DNA of 64,000 nt from assembly GCA_001029675.1 (NCBI GenBank), contig CP011210.1, positions 192,193 through 256,192 on the forward strand, read 5' to 3'. The DNA comes from Candidatus Beckwithbacteria bacterium GW2011_GWC1_49_16 (GTDB lineage Bacteria > Patescibacteriota > Microgenomatia > UBA1400 > CG1-02-47-37). Shown in pieces: positions 54,068 through 62,387 of the stretch (positions are counted from its first letter, which is position 1; each line of letters begins with the position of its first letter). A model generated the notes under the pieces. It made no database searches. It saw nothing but the letters and a program-made list of their open reading frames with translations, and was not told the origin of the DNA. The translations under genes and the position numbers were made by a program.

Positions 54068-55147
54068 CTAGGCAAGAAAATAGGTGTTAAGGGTAAACCG
54101 GTATTGTTCCAGGAATAATCTCTTGACGTGGTATAAGTTGTTTGTTTCATAAAACAAAATCAGGGCTTGTTTGTATTCGTTCTCATCGAGACTGCGGTAC
54201 GACAAAGGGAAATAATCGTTAGCCAAAAGGATGGCGTTGGCAATCATCCTGGCCGTGCGTTTGTTGCCATCGGCAAATGGCTGGATATAGGCAATCAAAG
54301 TAGAGGTCAGTGAGGCTTTTTCCAAAGGGTAATCGATGGCGTTAATGGTTTTAAGCGTCTGCTCCAGAGTCTGTCTAATCTGCCACTGGTTCCCCGGCGG
54401 CTGATAAGTAGTTCCGGTAATGCCCACCGCCTGCTTTCTCATGCCGCTGCCGATGTTTAAGTTTTTGGTGAGCGTGTTGTGGAGCTCTAGTAGGTCGGTA
54501 AGGGTTATTTTTTTAAACTCCCGTCTGTGGGCGACAATAGTCTTAAAAGCATCTTTATGATTCAAAATCATGATGGCTTCCTCTTTGGTGCGGCCGCTAG
54601 CCTCCTGACCCTGCTTGATGAGTGTCTCTGTCTCCAGTAAGGTATAGGTGTTGCCTTCGATTTTTGAAGATTTCCAGGAAAGTTCAATCACGTAGCGCTC
54701 GAGTTCACGATTAAGAATGGCGGGTTCAAGGGTTTTGGTCGCAGCGGTGAAGGAACGGGAAATGCCAGTCAGTTCTTGGCGCTCTTGAGAAGTGATTATT
54801 CCCGGTAGCCTCTCAAATATGTCGGTGGTAAACGATTTTAGGACGGATTTTCGCTCGTCAGGGTTAAGGGTAAAATATTGTTCCAGGTCAACGTAAGTGA
54901 TTAAGGGATGAACGTTTTTAGCCCGGTAGACGCGGCTGGGCCCACTGCCAGCGGCAACTGCCAGTCGGTTTTTGATAAGATGTTTTAAGTCTCTGGCCAG
55001 GGTGGCTTTGGAAACAGCAAAAACCGAGGGTAACTTGGCCGCTATTTGTTCCCGGGACAATTCGGCCTGTTGAGCGAAGAGGTTGAGGATGGATTTTTGC
55101 CTGTAATTAAGTGATATCGTCTCATTCATACTGTCTAATCGTCTCAT
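54068..55147 (-). CDS. Fic/DOC family protein with N-terminal wHTH; degenerate Fic motif (QPFADGNKRTAR)
   Basis: Canonical HPFx[DE]GNGRxxR appears as YIQPFADGNKRTARMIAN, with the catalytic His replaced by Gln. Confidence 0.6.
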   Translation of the reverse strand: MRRLDSMNETISLNYRQKSILNLFAQQAELSREQIAAKLPSVFAVSKATLARDLKHLIKNRLAVAAGSGPSRVYRAKNVHPLITYVDLEQYFTLNPDERKSVLKSFTTDIFERLPGIITSQERQELTGISRSFTAATKTLEPAILNRELERYVIELSWKSSKIEGNTYTLLETETLIKQGQEASGRTKEEAIMILNHKDAFKTIVAHRREFKKITLTDLLELHNTLTKNLNIGSGMRKQAVGITGTTYQPPGNQWQIRQTLEQTLKTINAIDYPLEKASLTSTLIAYIQPFADGNKRTARMIANAILLANDYFPLSYRSLDENEYKQALILFYETNNLYHVKRLFLEQYRFTLNTYFLA

Positions 55148-55190
55148 AATGAGACGATGAACGCAAGCGAAGTTGTGTTAAGATTTACTC

Positions 55191-56354
55191 ATGATAATCG
55201 GCATTGATGCGTCGAGGGCGTATAGCAAAGACCGGGCCGGGGTGGAGAATTATTCCAATGAGTTAATCTGGGAGATGGTCAGGTTGCCGGAAGCAAAAAG
55301 CCATCAGTTTCGGCTTTATGTCCGGGCGGGGGCAAAGGTAGATGATGAGGTGAGGGGAAAAGAAAATGTCGAGGTAGTGGAGATCCCCTGGCCGAGGTTG
55401 TGGACGCAAGGGGGGTTGGCGTTGGAGTGTTTGGTGCGGCCGCCGGACGTTTTGTTTATTCCGGCTCACACTTTGCCGGTAATAAGAAGGTCGAGTTTGA
55501 AAACAGTGGTCACCATTCACGGCGTCGAGTACGAGTATTTGCCCGAGTATTACCGTTGGCCGCAAAAACTTTATCTTAATCGTTCCACCGAGTACGCGGT
55601 TGAGAGAGCCGACAAAATCATTGCTGTTTCCAATTGGGTTAAAAAGGAGTTGGTTAGTCGCTTAGGAGGGGATGAGAAGAAGATTCAAGTGATTTATGAG
55701 GGGGTAGGAAGAAGGTTTTTGGCCGCGGCAGAAACGGGACTTAATAAAAAGTTTTTCCGCCAAGTCAAGCACAAGTACGGTTTGCCGGACAGCTACTTGT
55801 TGTTTGTGGGCACAATCCAGCCGAGAAAGAACCTGGAGAAGTTGATTGAGGCGTTTGCGAAGGTAATACACTCCGGGAGTGTGCCGCAGGCGCAACACCA
55901 CTCCGGGAGTGAACCGCATTTAGTCATTGCCGGGAAAAAGGGCTGGATGTACCAGGAGATTTACGCCGCGCCGAAAAAGTTTGGCGTGGCCGACAAGGTC
56001 AAGTTTATCGGCCGGGTGGCCGATTACGACTTACCGGCGGTTTATCAAGGGGCGGAGGCGCTGGTTTATCCGAGTCTAATGGAGGGTTTTGGCTTGCCGG
56101 TGTTGGAAGCGTTTACTTTAGGCATTCCGGTTATCACTTCCGATCGCGGAGCGCTAAAAGAAGTCGCGGCCGCCGCCGCTTTACAGATAGATCCGGAAAA
56201 TGTCAGTCATTTAGCAGACGCGATCGGTTTGGTGCTAAAAAACCGGCAGTTGCGCGAGGGTTTAAGGGAAAAAGGCCTGGGACGGGCTCGAGAGTTTTCT
56301 TGGCAAAAAGCCGCCCTAGCCACTTTGAGCCTGGTCACCGATGTGGTAAAATAG
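55191..56354 (+). CDS. glycosyltransferase family 4 (GT-B)
   Basis: GTIQPRKNLEKLIEAF and YPSLMEGFGLPVLEAFTLGIPVITSDRGALKEV (the EX7E region). Carries a palindromic-element variant encoding HSGSVPQAQHHSGSE. Confidence 0.85.
   Translation: MIIGIDASRAYSKDRAGVENYSNELIWEMVRLPEAKSHQFRLYVRAGAKVDDEVRGKENVEVVEIPWPRLWTQGGLALECLVRPPDVLFIPAHTLPVIRRSSLKTVVTIHGVEYEYLPEYYRWPQKLYLNRSTEYAVERADKIIAVSNWVKKELVSRLGGDEKKIQVIYEGVGRRFLAAAETGLNKKFFRQVKHKYGLPDSYLLFVGTIQPRKNLEKLIEAFAKVIHSGSVPQAQHHSGSEPHLVIAGKKGWMYQEIYAAPKKFGVADKVKFIGRVADYDLPAVYQGAEALVYPSLMEGFGLPVLEAFTLGIPVITSDRGALKEVAAAAALQIDPENVSHLADAIGLVLKNRQLREGLREKGLGRAREFSWQKAALATLSLVTDVVK
55869..55911. repeat. palindromic-element variant: CACTCCGGGAGTG x2 in direct orientation with 17-nt spacer, in-frame in GT4 gene
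   Basis: cactccgggagtg-tgccgcaggcgcaacac-cactccgggagtg. Confidence 0.8.
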
Positions 56355-57739
56355 GCTTAGTGTTATTGACTTCGATTAACCCCATTAACGGCAAGCCCTT
56401 AGGTTCGGTGAGGATGGCTACCAAGAAAGACGTCGAGGAGACGGTGGCCATGGCCAGAAGGAAACTCAAAGGCTGGAGGAGTTTGACACTCAAAAAACGG
56501 GCGGCGATTTTAGTCAAGTTGGCGGGTCTGTTACGAAAAAATCAAGAGAAACTGGCTGAATTAATTTCCCAAGAGATGGGCAAGCCTTTGACAGAAGCGG
56601 CCGACGAGGTCGAATCAACCGCTGAATATGTTGACTACTTCGTCAAGGAGGGATTAAAGGTTTTGGCAGACGAGAGTCTTTTTAAGCGGAAAACCGGGGT
56701 GAGTTTGATTCGTTACGACCCGGTTGGGGTGGTGGCGGTAATCAAAGCCTGGAACTTTCCGGTCAAGGTGCCGTTGTGGTCGATCGTGCCGGCTTTGCTT
56801 GCCGGCAACACCGTGGTTTACAAGCCGTCCGAGTACGTGCCTTTGGTGAGCCAGGAATTGGTTAAACTTATCTTTAGCGCCGGAGTGCCCCGCGAGGCTT
56901 TCGGGGTGGTTTATGGCCGGGGTAAAGTGGGAGAGATGTTGGTGGAGCAAGATATCGACATGATTTCTTTCACCGGCTCCACCAAGGTGGGTAAAGACAT
57001 TGCTCAAAAGGCAAGCGGGCGGTTAGTCAAGCTGGTCTTGGAGTTGGGCGGCAGTTCGCCGGCTTTGGTTTTAAAAGACGCGGACCTTGACCTGGCGGCC
57101 GAGAGGATTGTTTGGAGCCGGTTCAGAAACTGCGGCCAGGTTTGCGGCGCCATCAAAAGGGTTTACGTCGAGGAGGCGGTGGCCGATAAATTCATTGCTA
57201 AGGTGGTAGAGAAAGTTAAAGCCTTAAGGGTAGGCGACCCGCTGGACAAAAAGACCGCGATGGGGCCGCTGGTAAGCGAAAGGCAGCTGCGGCGGTTTCA
57301 GGATCAAGTCACCCGGGGCGTGGTGGCCGGCGGCAGGATCATCAGCGGCGGGCGCCGCATCAGGAAAGGAAAGCTGGCAGAGGGTTGGTTTCATGAGCCG
57401 ACGGTGATGGTTTACGTGTCCAACAAAAATCCGGTGATGCAGGAAGAGGTGTTTGGGCCTTTGCTTCCGGTGATGCGCGTGGTCAGTTTCTCGGCTGGGT
57501 TAACTTTCGCCAATGACAACCCTTATGGCTTAACGGCGGCGGTGTTTACCCGGTCTAAGCTTAAGGCCAACCGGGCGGTTGAGACGCTCGTGGCCGGGTC
57601 GGTCTATGTCAACGAGGCAGGCTTTTTGTCGCCTGAATCTCCCTGGAGCGGGTTAAAAAACAGCGGATTAGGGGTGGAAAACTCGCGCCACGGGCTTTTA
57701 GAGTTTGTTCATAAGAGACATGTTTATTTTAGGGGTTAG
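56300..57739 (+). CDS. NAD(P)-dependent aldehyde dehydrogenase family protein
   Basis: KAWNFPVKVPLWSIVPALLAGN, ELGGSSP and catalytic-Cys region NCGQVCGAIKRVYV. The 5' end overlaps the GT4 gene, so the true start may be downstream (e.g. ATG at 56414). Confidence 0.85.
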   Translation: MAKSRPSHFEPGHRCGKIGLVLLTSINPINGKPLGSVRMATKKDVEETVAMARRKLKGWRSLTLKKRAAILVKLAGLLRKNQEKLAELISQEMGKPLTEAADEVESTAEYVDYFVKEGLKVLADESLFKRKTGVSLIRYDPVGVVAVIKAWNFPVKVPLWSIVPALLAGNTVVYKPSEYVPLVSQELVKLIFSAGVPREAFGVVYGRGKVGEMLVEQDIDMISFTGSTKVGKDIAQKASGRLVKLVLELGGSSPALVLKDADLDLAAERIVWSRFRNCGQVCGAIKRVYVEEAVADKFIAKVVEKVKALRVGDPLDKKTAMGPLVSERQLRRFQDQVTRGVVAGGRIISGGRRIRKGKLAEGWFHEPTVMVYVSNKNPVMQEEVFGPLLPVMRVVSFSAGLTFANDNPYGLTAAVFTRSKLKANRAVETLVAGSVYVNEAGFLSPESPWSGLKNSGLGVENSRHGLLEFVHKRHVYFRG

Positions 57740-58355
57740 GGTCGACCAGACTTCGACAAGTTCAGCGTTAAAAAAGGTGGCCTCCTGGGTTAAGGAGAGA
57801 GAAAAACGCTATATTGTCACCCCAAATCCGGAAATGATTGTCGCCGCTCAGAAAGACGAAGAGTTTAGGCGGATTTTGAACAGAGCCGATTTAGCCATTC
57901 CTGACGGAGTCGGTTTGCGCTTGGCCGATAGAAGGCTTCAGCGAGTGGCAGGGGCTGATTTGATGTTGGCTTTGATCAAACAAGGCTACAAAACTTTACT
58001 GGTCGGCGGCCGGCCGGGGGTAGCGCAAAGAGCGGCGGAGAGATTAGGAGTTTTGGGCATGACCGAACCAAGCGTGGCGGCAATTAACAAGATTAAGCCT
58101 GATTTGTTGTTCGTGGCTCTCGGCCACGGTAAGCAGGAGAAATGGATTGCCAAGAATTTACCCAAACTCAAAGTCAAAGTGGCCATGGGCGTGGGCGGGG
58201 CTTTGGATTATATTGCTAAGCCCTGGTTGCGGGCACCGCGGCTACTTCAGGCGCTTGGCTTAGAGTGGTTGTGGCGGTTAGCGTTGCAGCCCTGGCGGGT
58301 AAGAAGGCAGTTGAGCTTAGTGAAGTTTTTGTGGCTGGTGTTGAAGAGGGGTTAA
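57705..58355 (+). CDS. WecG/TagA/CpsF family glycosyltransferase
   Basis: Typical GT26 length and N-terminal FILGVRVD...IVTPNPEMIV motif. Confidence 0.7.
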   Translation: MFIRDMFILGVRVDQTSTSSALKKVASWVKEREKRYIVTPNPEMIVAAQKDEEFRRILNRADLAIPDGVGLRLADRRLQRVAGADLMLALIKQGYKTLLVGGRPGVAQRAAERLGVLGMTEPSVAAINKIKPDLLFVALGHGKQEKWIAKNLPKLKVKVAMGVGGALDYIAKPWLRAPRLLQALGLEWLWRLALQPWRVRRQLSLVKFLWLVLKRG

Positions 58356-58576
58356 CTTTTCTCCTGTATCCCCAGAAGCCATAAGACGGCTTCTTTTTTG
58401 TAGCGGCGGTCGCCCCGGGAGTTTATCCTGATGGCCGGCAATTTGCCGCGCTTGCCCCAACGTTTGATGGTTAAGGGGGAAACGCGCAGCAGATCGGCGA
58501 CTTCACGGACGGTGAGTAAATCCGGCAGGTTATCAAGAGATACAGATTTACCTTTTGATACACTTTGATCGACCAT
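58352..58576 (-). CDS. excisionase/MerR-type HTH DNA-binding protein
   Basis: LLTVREVADLLRVSPLTIKRWGKRGKLPAIRI. Confidence 0.45.
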   Translation of the reverse strand: MVDQSVSKGKSVSLDNLPDLLTVREVADLLRVSPLTIKRWGKRGKLPAIRINSRGDRRYKKEAVLWLLGIQEKS

Positions 58577-58650
58577 GGCTTGTTCACAAGGCAGCTAATT
58601 ACTACTTCAAGTAGAGTTAATATATCAAAGTGTGATAGAGAATGTCAAGA

Positions 58651-59067
58651 CTACTTGAGCTCAACCTGGGCGCCGGCGGCTTCAAGCTTTTTCTTGGCTT
58701 CTTCGGCCTGCTCTTTTTTGAAAGTGCCGACTTCTTTGGGAGCGGCTTCGGCCAGGTCCTTGGCTTCTTTGAGGCCCAGTTCCTGGTTGACTTCGCGTAG
58801 AGCCTTGATCACGCCGATTTTGTTGGCGCCGGCTGATGCCAGCACCACCTGATACTCTGATTTTTCTTCGGCGGCGGGTGCGCCAGCCGATTCGCCGGCG
58901 GCGGGAGCCGCAGCAGCGACAGCCATCGTCGGAGCCGCGGAAACGCCGAACTTATTCTCTAAAGCCTTAACCAGTTCATTTAGTTCCAAAACCGATAGCT
59001 TCTCGATCGTGTCGATGATTTTCTGCAACGAGGCGGAAACTTTAATTTCTTTCTTGGTATCTGCCAT
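58651..59067 (-). CDS. rplL: 50S ribosomal protein L7/L12
   Basis: N-terminal dimerisation helix, Ala/Glu-rich hinge, C-terminal [14 protein letters not shown]...LKEAKDL...VELK. Confidence 0.95.
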   Translation of the reverse strand: MADTKKEIKVSASLQKIIDTIEKLSVLELNELVKALENKFGVSAAPTMAVAAAAPAAGESAGAPAAEEKSEYQVVLASAGANKIGVIKALREVNQELGLKEAKDLAEAAPKEVGTFKKEQAEEAKKKLEAAGAQVELK

Positions 59068-59582
59068 TAAGATTTCACCGCCTTTAAAACGTAAACTAAA
59101 TTTCTAAAATTTGCTGACAAGACGTTGACGATGCCGGTTAAGGGGGATTTGATGGTGGCCACGGTTTTGCCAATGAGTTCCACCTTGGAGGGGAGTGTGG
59201 CCAATTCTTCAACTTGGACTTTAGCTAAAGGTTCTTTGACTAAAAAACCCAGCTTGATCGTGGGTAGTTCGTTTTCTTTAACAAACTGGGCCAGGGTTTT
59301 GATTGGGGCGATGGGGTCAGAGTAAGCAAAGAGGGTCATGGTCGGGCCTTCCAGCGTTTGGGCAAAATCCTCTGGCAGAGAGTACTTTTCTGCCTCAAGA
59401 GCTAGTTTAAGAAGCGAGTTTTTAGCCACAACCAGCTCGCCTTCTACCTCAAGGATTTGGCGGCGGAGTTTGCTTTGTTGGGCGACGGTCAGGCCGCGGT
59501 AGTCGGCCAGCACCACGGATTTGGCCCGGGAGAGTTTGTCTTGGAGTGTTTTAACCTGGTCTAAGTTTTTTTGAGAAGGCAT
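59067..59582 (-). CDS. rplJ: 50S ribosomal protein L10
   Basis: Position immediately upstream of rplL, 171 aa, L10-like sequence. Confidence 0.9.
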   Translation of the reverse strand: MPSQKNLDQVKTLQDKLSRAKSVVLADYRGLTVAQQSKLRRQILEVEGELVVAKNSLLKLALEAEKYSLPEDFAQTLEGPTMTLFAYSDPIAPIKTLAQFVKENELPTIKLGFLVKEPLAKVQVEELATLPSKVELIGKTVATIKSPLTGIVNVLSANFRNLVYVLKAVKS

Positions 59583-59657
59583 AATTTCCTCGGTAGGGTT
59601 TATCCGCCGGCTGGCTGACCTACTGTCTTAGGACAAAAGGCATTATATAATCAGACC

Positions 59658-60323
59658 ATGGATTTTGTAAAGGGTCAAGTTAATTTAGATGAGGATATTT
59701 TGGTGGTGGATAAGCCGGTGGGTTGGACCAGCCATGACGTGGTGGCTAAAATAAGAGGGGAGCTTGGTAAGCACGAAACTCGAAGCACGAAACTCGAAAC
59801 TAAAATCGGTCACGGGGGGACGCTGGATCCGTTTGCCACCGGGGTGCTTTTAATCTTGGTGGGGAAAGCCACCAGAAGGTTTGAAGAGATAAAAACTTGG
59901 GATAAGGAGTATGTGATGACGGTTAAATTAGGGGCGGCCACGACCACGGGCGATCCTGAAGGAGAGGTAACGGAAACCAGGCCGGTAACAGGGGTAAAAA
60001 GGGAAAGGGTAGAGAGGGCTTTGAGAGATTTGACGGGGTTTTACCAGCAACAAGTGCCGGCTTACTCGGCGGTAAAAGTAGGCGGGGAGAGGCTTTACGC
60101 CCTTGCCCGGGAGGGAAAAGAGGTCAAGTTGCCCCGGCGTCAGGTAGAGATCAAAGAGATTGAGCTAGTTGACCTTCAAGGTTTATCCTTGAAGGTAAGG
60201 GTGGTTTGCGGCAGCGGCACCTATATGAGGCAGTTGGCGGTGGATATAGGAGAAAAGCTTGATCTTCCCGCTCATGCGGCGGCTCTGCGCCGCACCCGGG
60301 TAGGTGACTATGAGTTATCTTGA
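59658..60323 (+). CDS. truB: tRNA pseudouridine(55) synthase TruB
   Basis: VVDKPVGWTSHDVV...GHGGTLDPFATGVLLILVGKATR catalytic Asp motif. Contains a 14-nt x2 repeat insert encoding HETRSTKLETK. Confidence 0.9.
   Translation: MDFVKGQVNLDEDILVVDKPVGWTSHDVVAKIRGELGKHETRSTKLETKIGHGGTLDPFATGVLLILVGKATRRFEEIKTWDKEYVMTVKLGAATTTGDPEGEVTETRPVTGVKRERVERALRDLTGFYQQQVPAYSAVKVGGERLYALAREGKEVKLPRRQVEIKEIELVDLQGLSLKVRVVCGSGTYMRQLAVDIGEKLDLPAHAAALRRTRVGDYELS
59771..59798. repeat. (GCACGAAACTCGAA)x2 tandem repeat inside truB
   Basis: Shares CGAAGCACGAAA with the leuS and argS inserts. Confidence 0.8.
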
Positions 60324-61038
60324 GTTAGATCAGCAGTTTACGGCAAAAGCCGGGATTGTTAGAACCAGCTATCCCCTTGAAAAGGGGACTTTTCAGTGGG
60401 TGGGATTTTCTAAGACGCGAGAAGGGCTTTGGGGAGAAGAACCGGAGAAGATTTTTAAAGAGGCCAGGTGGGGAGCGACTGAACCCTGGTGGCGGGGAAC
60501 CAGACTTGAAGTTCATGGGTCCACGAGAGAGACGGCATTCTTATTAATGGGAACGGCTAACTTCCAGGTGGCGGTAGGCATGGGCAAAAGAGGTGAGCTA
60601 CAAAAAGTGGAGGCAGTCAGTTTGAGTCAGGATGGTTACTGGGAACGGGTGTTGTGTTTTGATGTCGGAGGGGTGTGGACGTTTTCCCGGCCGGCGATTA
60701 AAGGGAATATGGACCTGTTCTGGCAGACTATGAGGGGGGTACTGTTGAGTGGTTTGGATTTTGAAGAACTGGTGAAACAGACTGTTTATTTACCGACCCC
60801 AGAGGGCGACCGGTCAGAAGTGGCCATGGAGCTTGACAAAAGCGGAGAGTATCTGCTGATTACTGACAACGACTGGAGAGGATGGCTCGGAGTGAATTTA
60901 GACGGGGTCGATGTAGAGGAAACTAATGATTTGGAAAAGTTGTTGGAGTTGGTTGGAGTGGTATCACCGAGCCAAGAACAGGCTGTCGACTTAAGGGAAG
61001 CGGCAGACAGGCTTTTAGGGGGTTTAATCTACTTTTAG
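60304..61038 (+). CDS. hypothetical protein co-oriented with and overlapping truB
   Basis: 244-aa ORF. No recognisable domain. Confidence 0.45.
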   Translation: MTMSYLELDQQFTAKAGIVRTSYPLEKGTFQWVGFSKTREGLWGEEPEKIFKEARWGATEPWWRGTRLEVHGSTRETAFLLMGTANFQVAVGMGKRGELQKVEAVSLSQDGYWERVLCFDVGGVWTFSRPAIKGNMDLFWQTMRGVLLSGLDFEELVKQTVYLPTPEGDRSEVAMELDKSGEYLLITDNDWRGWLGVNLDGVDVEETNDLEKLLELVGVVSPSQEQAVDLREAADRLLGGLIYF

Positions 61039-61830
61039 CCTGATCGACGGGCTCATGGAGGAGCAGAGAAAGACGGAGGCGATGTTTTTTTTGGCGACGG
61101 CGGCAAACGCCGCTTTGATGTTTTCCTCGAGTTTGGTGTTTTCAAAAGAGAGTTTACCGACGGCCAGGTGCAGTAGCGGCGCTTTAGCTTCGGAGCGGAA
61201 GCGAAGGCTGCCGCCTGCCAGTTTTTTCTTTAACTCCTCGGGTTTGTCGGAAACGGTGCCGGCTTTGGGGTTGGGCATGAGGCCCTTGGGGCCTAAAATC
61301 TTGGCGTATTGAGCCACTTTGGGCATGATTTGGGGTTCGGCTAGAAGCACGTCGAAGTCGATTTTGCCGGCCTTTAATTTGACCAAGGTGGCGTCCGAGG
61401 CGATCTCGACCTTTTTGGTCTTGCCCGAGCCGTGGGGCAGGGTTAACTCGCCTGAGAGTTTGTCGGTGTTCAAGTTGAAGTGGAGTTCGACCGTGGGGTC
61501 AAAGTTGACATGAGAAATTTCTTTTAACAGTTTGATGGCGTCACTTACCGGGTAGGCCTTGGTTTTGTCGATTTTGGCGCGGGCCTCTTGGTAGCGCTGG
61601 CTTCTGGCGTGCTTGACGCGCTTTTTTTTCTTTTTGGGTCCCGGCTTATCAGCCGCGGATCCTCGACCCCGACTAGAAGTCGTGGGTCGGGACTTTATCG
61701 GTTCGGGTTCGGGCTGTGTTTCCAGTTCCGGTTTTTTGATTCTAATCCTTTGGTCGCGAGTGCCCCCGGCTTTGTATTGGGCGGATTCTGACTGAGACAG
61801 GTCGATGACGGCGACTTTCTTTTTACCCAT
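61024..61830 (-). CDS. rplA: 50S ribosomal protein L1 with ~75-aa Lys/Pro-rich N-terminal extension
   Basis: C-terminal two-thirds matches L1 (KAYPVSDAIKLLKEIS...FDPTVELHFNL...). Directly downstream of rplK. Confidence 0.9.
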   Translation of the reverse strand: MGKKKVAVIDLSQSESAQYKAGGTRDQRIRIKKPELETQPEPEPIKSRPTTSSRGRGSAADKPGPKKKKKRVKHARSQRYQEARAKIDKTKAYPVSDAIKLLKEISHVNFDPTVELHFNLNTDKLSGELTLPHGSGKTKKVEIASDATLVKLKAGKIDFDVLLAEPQIMPKVAQYAKILGPKGLMPNPKAGTVSDKPEELKKKLAGGSLRFRSEAKAPLLHLAVGKLSFENTKLEENIKAAFAAVAKKNIASVFLCSSMSPSIRLKVD

Positions 61831-62252
61831 TATTTCTCCACTTTAAGGCCCATCGACCGGGCCGAGCCGGCGACGATTTTTTTGGCGGCTTCAAGGTTGT
61901 TGGCGTTTAAGTCTTCCATTTTTTCTTCAGCAATTTTAGTCAGCTGTTCCTGGGTGATGGTGGCGACCTGATCGCGGCCGGGAGCCTGCGATCCTTTTTC
62001 CAGCTTCAACTCTTTTTTAATAAACTCGGTCACCGGAGGCTTTTTTAAGACAAAATCGAAAGAACGGTCTTCGTAGACGGTGATCACTGCCGGGATAACA
62101 CCGGACATAGTTTTGGTTTTTTCGTTGTAGGAGTTTACAAAGTCCATGATCGCCACACCGTGCTGGCCAAGAGCCGGGCCGACGGGCGGGGCCGGGTTGG
62201 CTTTACCGGCGGGCAGGTTGAGTTTGAGAACGACTTTGACTTTTTTGGCCAT
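61830..62252 (-). CDS. rplK: 50S ribosomal protein L11
   Basis: [33 protein letters not shown]. Confidence 0.95.
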   Translation of the reverse strand: MAKKVKVVLKLNLPAGKANPAPPVGPALGQHGVAIMDFVNSYNEKTKTMSGVIPAVITVYEDRSFDFVLKKPPVTEFIKKELKLEKGSQAPGRDQVATITQEQLTKIAEEKMEDLNANNLEAAKKIVAGSARSMGLKVEK

Positions 62253-62271
62253 ACTTGTCCGCCTAGGGCGG

Positions 62272-62293
62272 AAAAAAACCCGCTCACAGCGGG
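62272..62293 (-). terminator. intrinsic terminator/attenuator hairpin (CCCGCUGUGAGCGGG plus U7) between the Cys-rich gene and rplK
   Basis: Perfect 5-bp GC stem with a 5-nt loop followed by seven U on the minus strand, ~20 nt upstream of the rplK ATG. Confidence 0.4.
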
Positions 62294-62387
62294 AATTAGT
62301 TAAAATATTCTAGCGCAATTCCCTGAGAATCGCTCCCAGCCGACTAGCGTCGGCTAGTAAGGAGAGTATAGCAAAGCTGAAGAAGAC

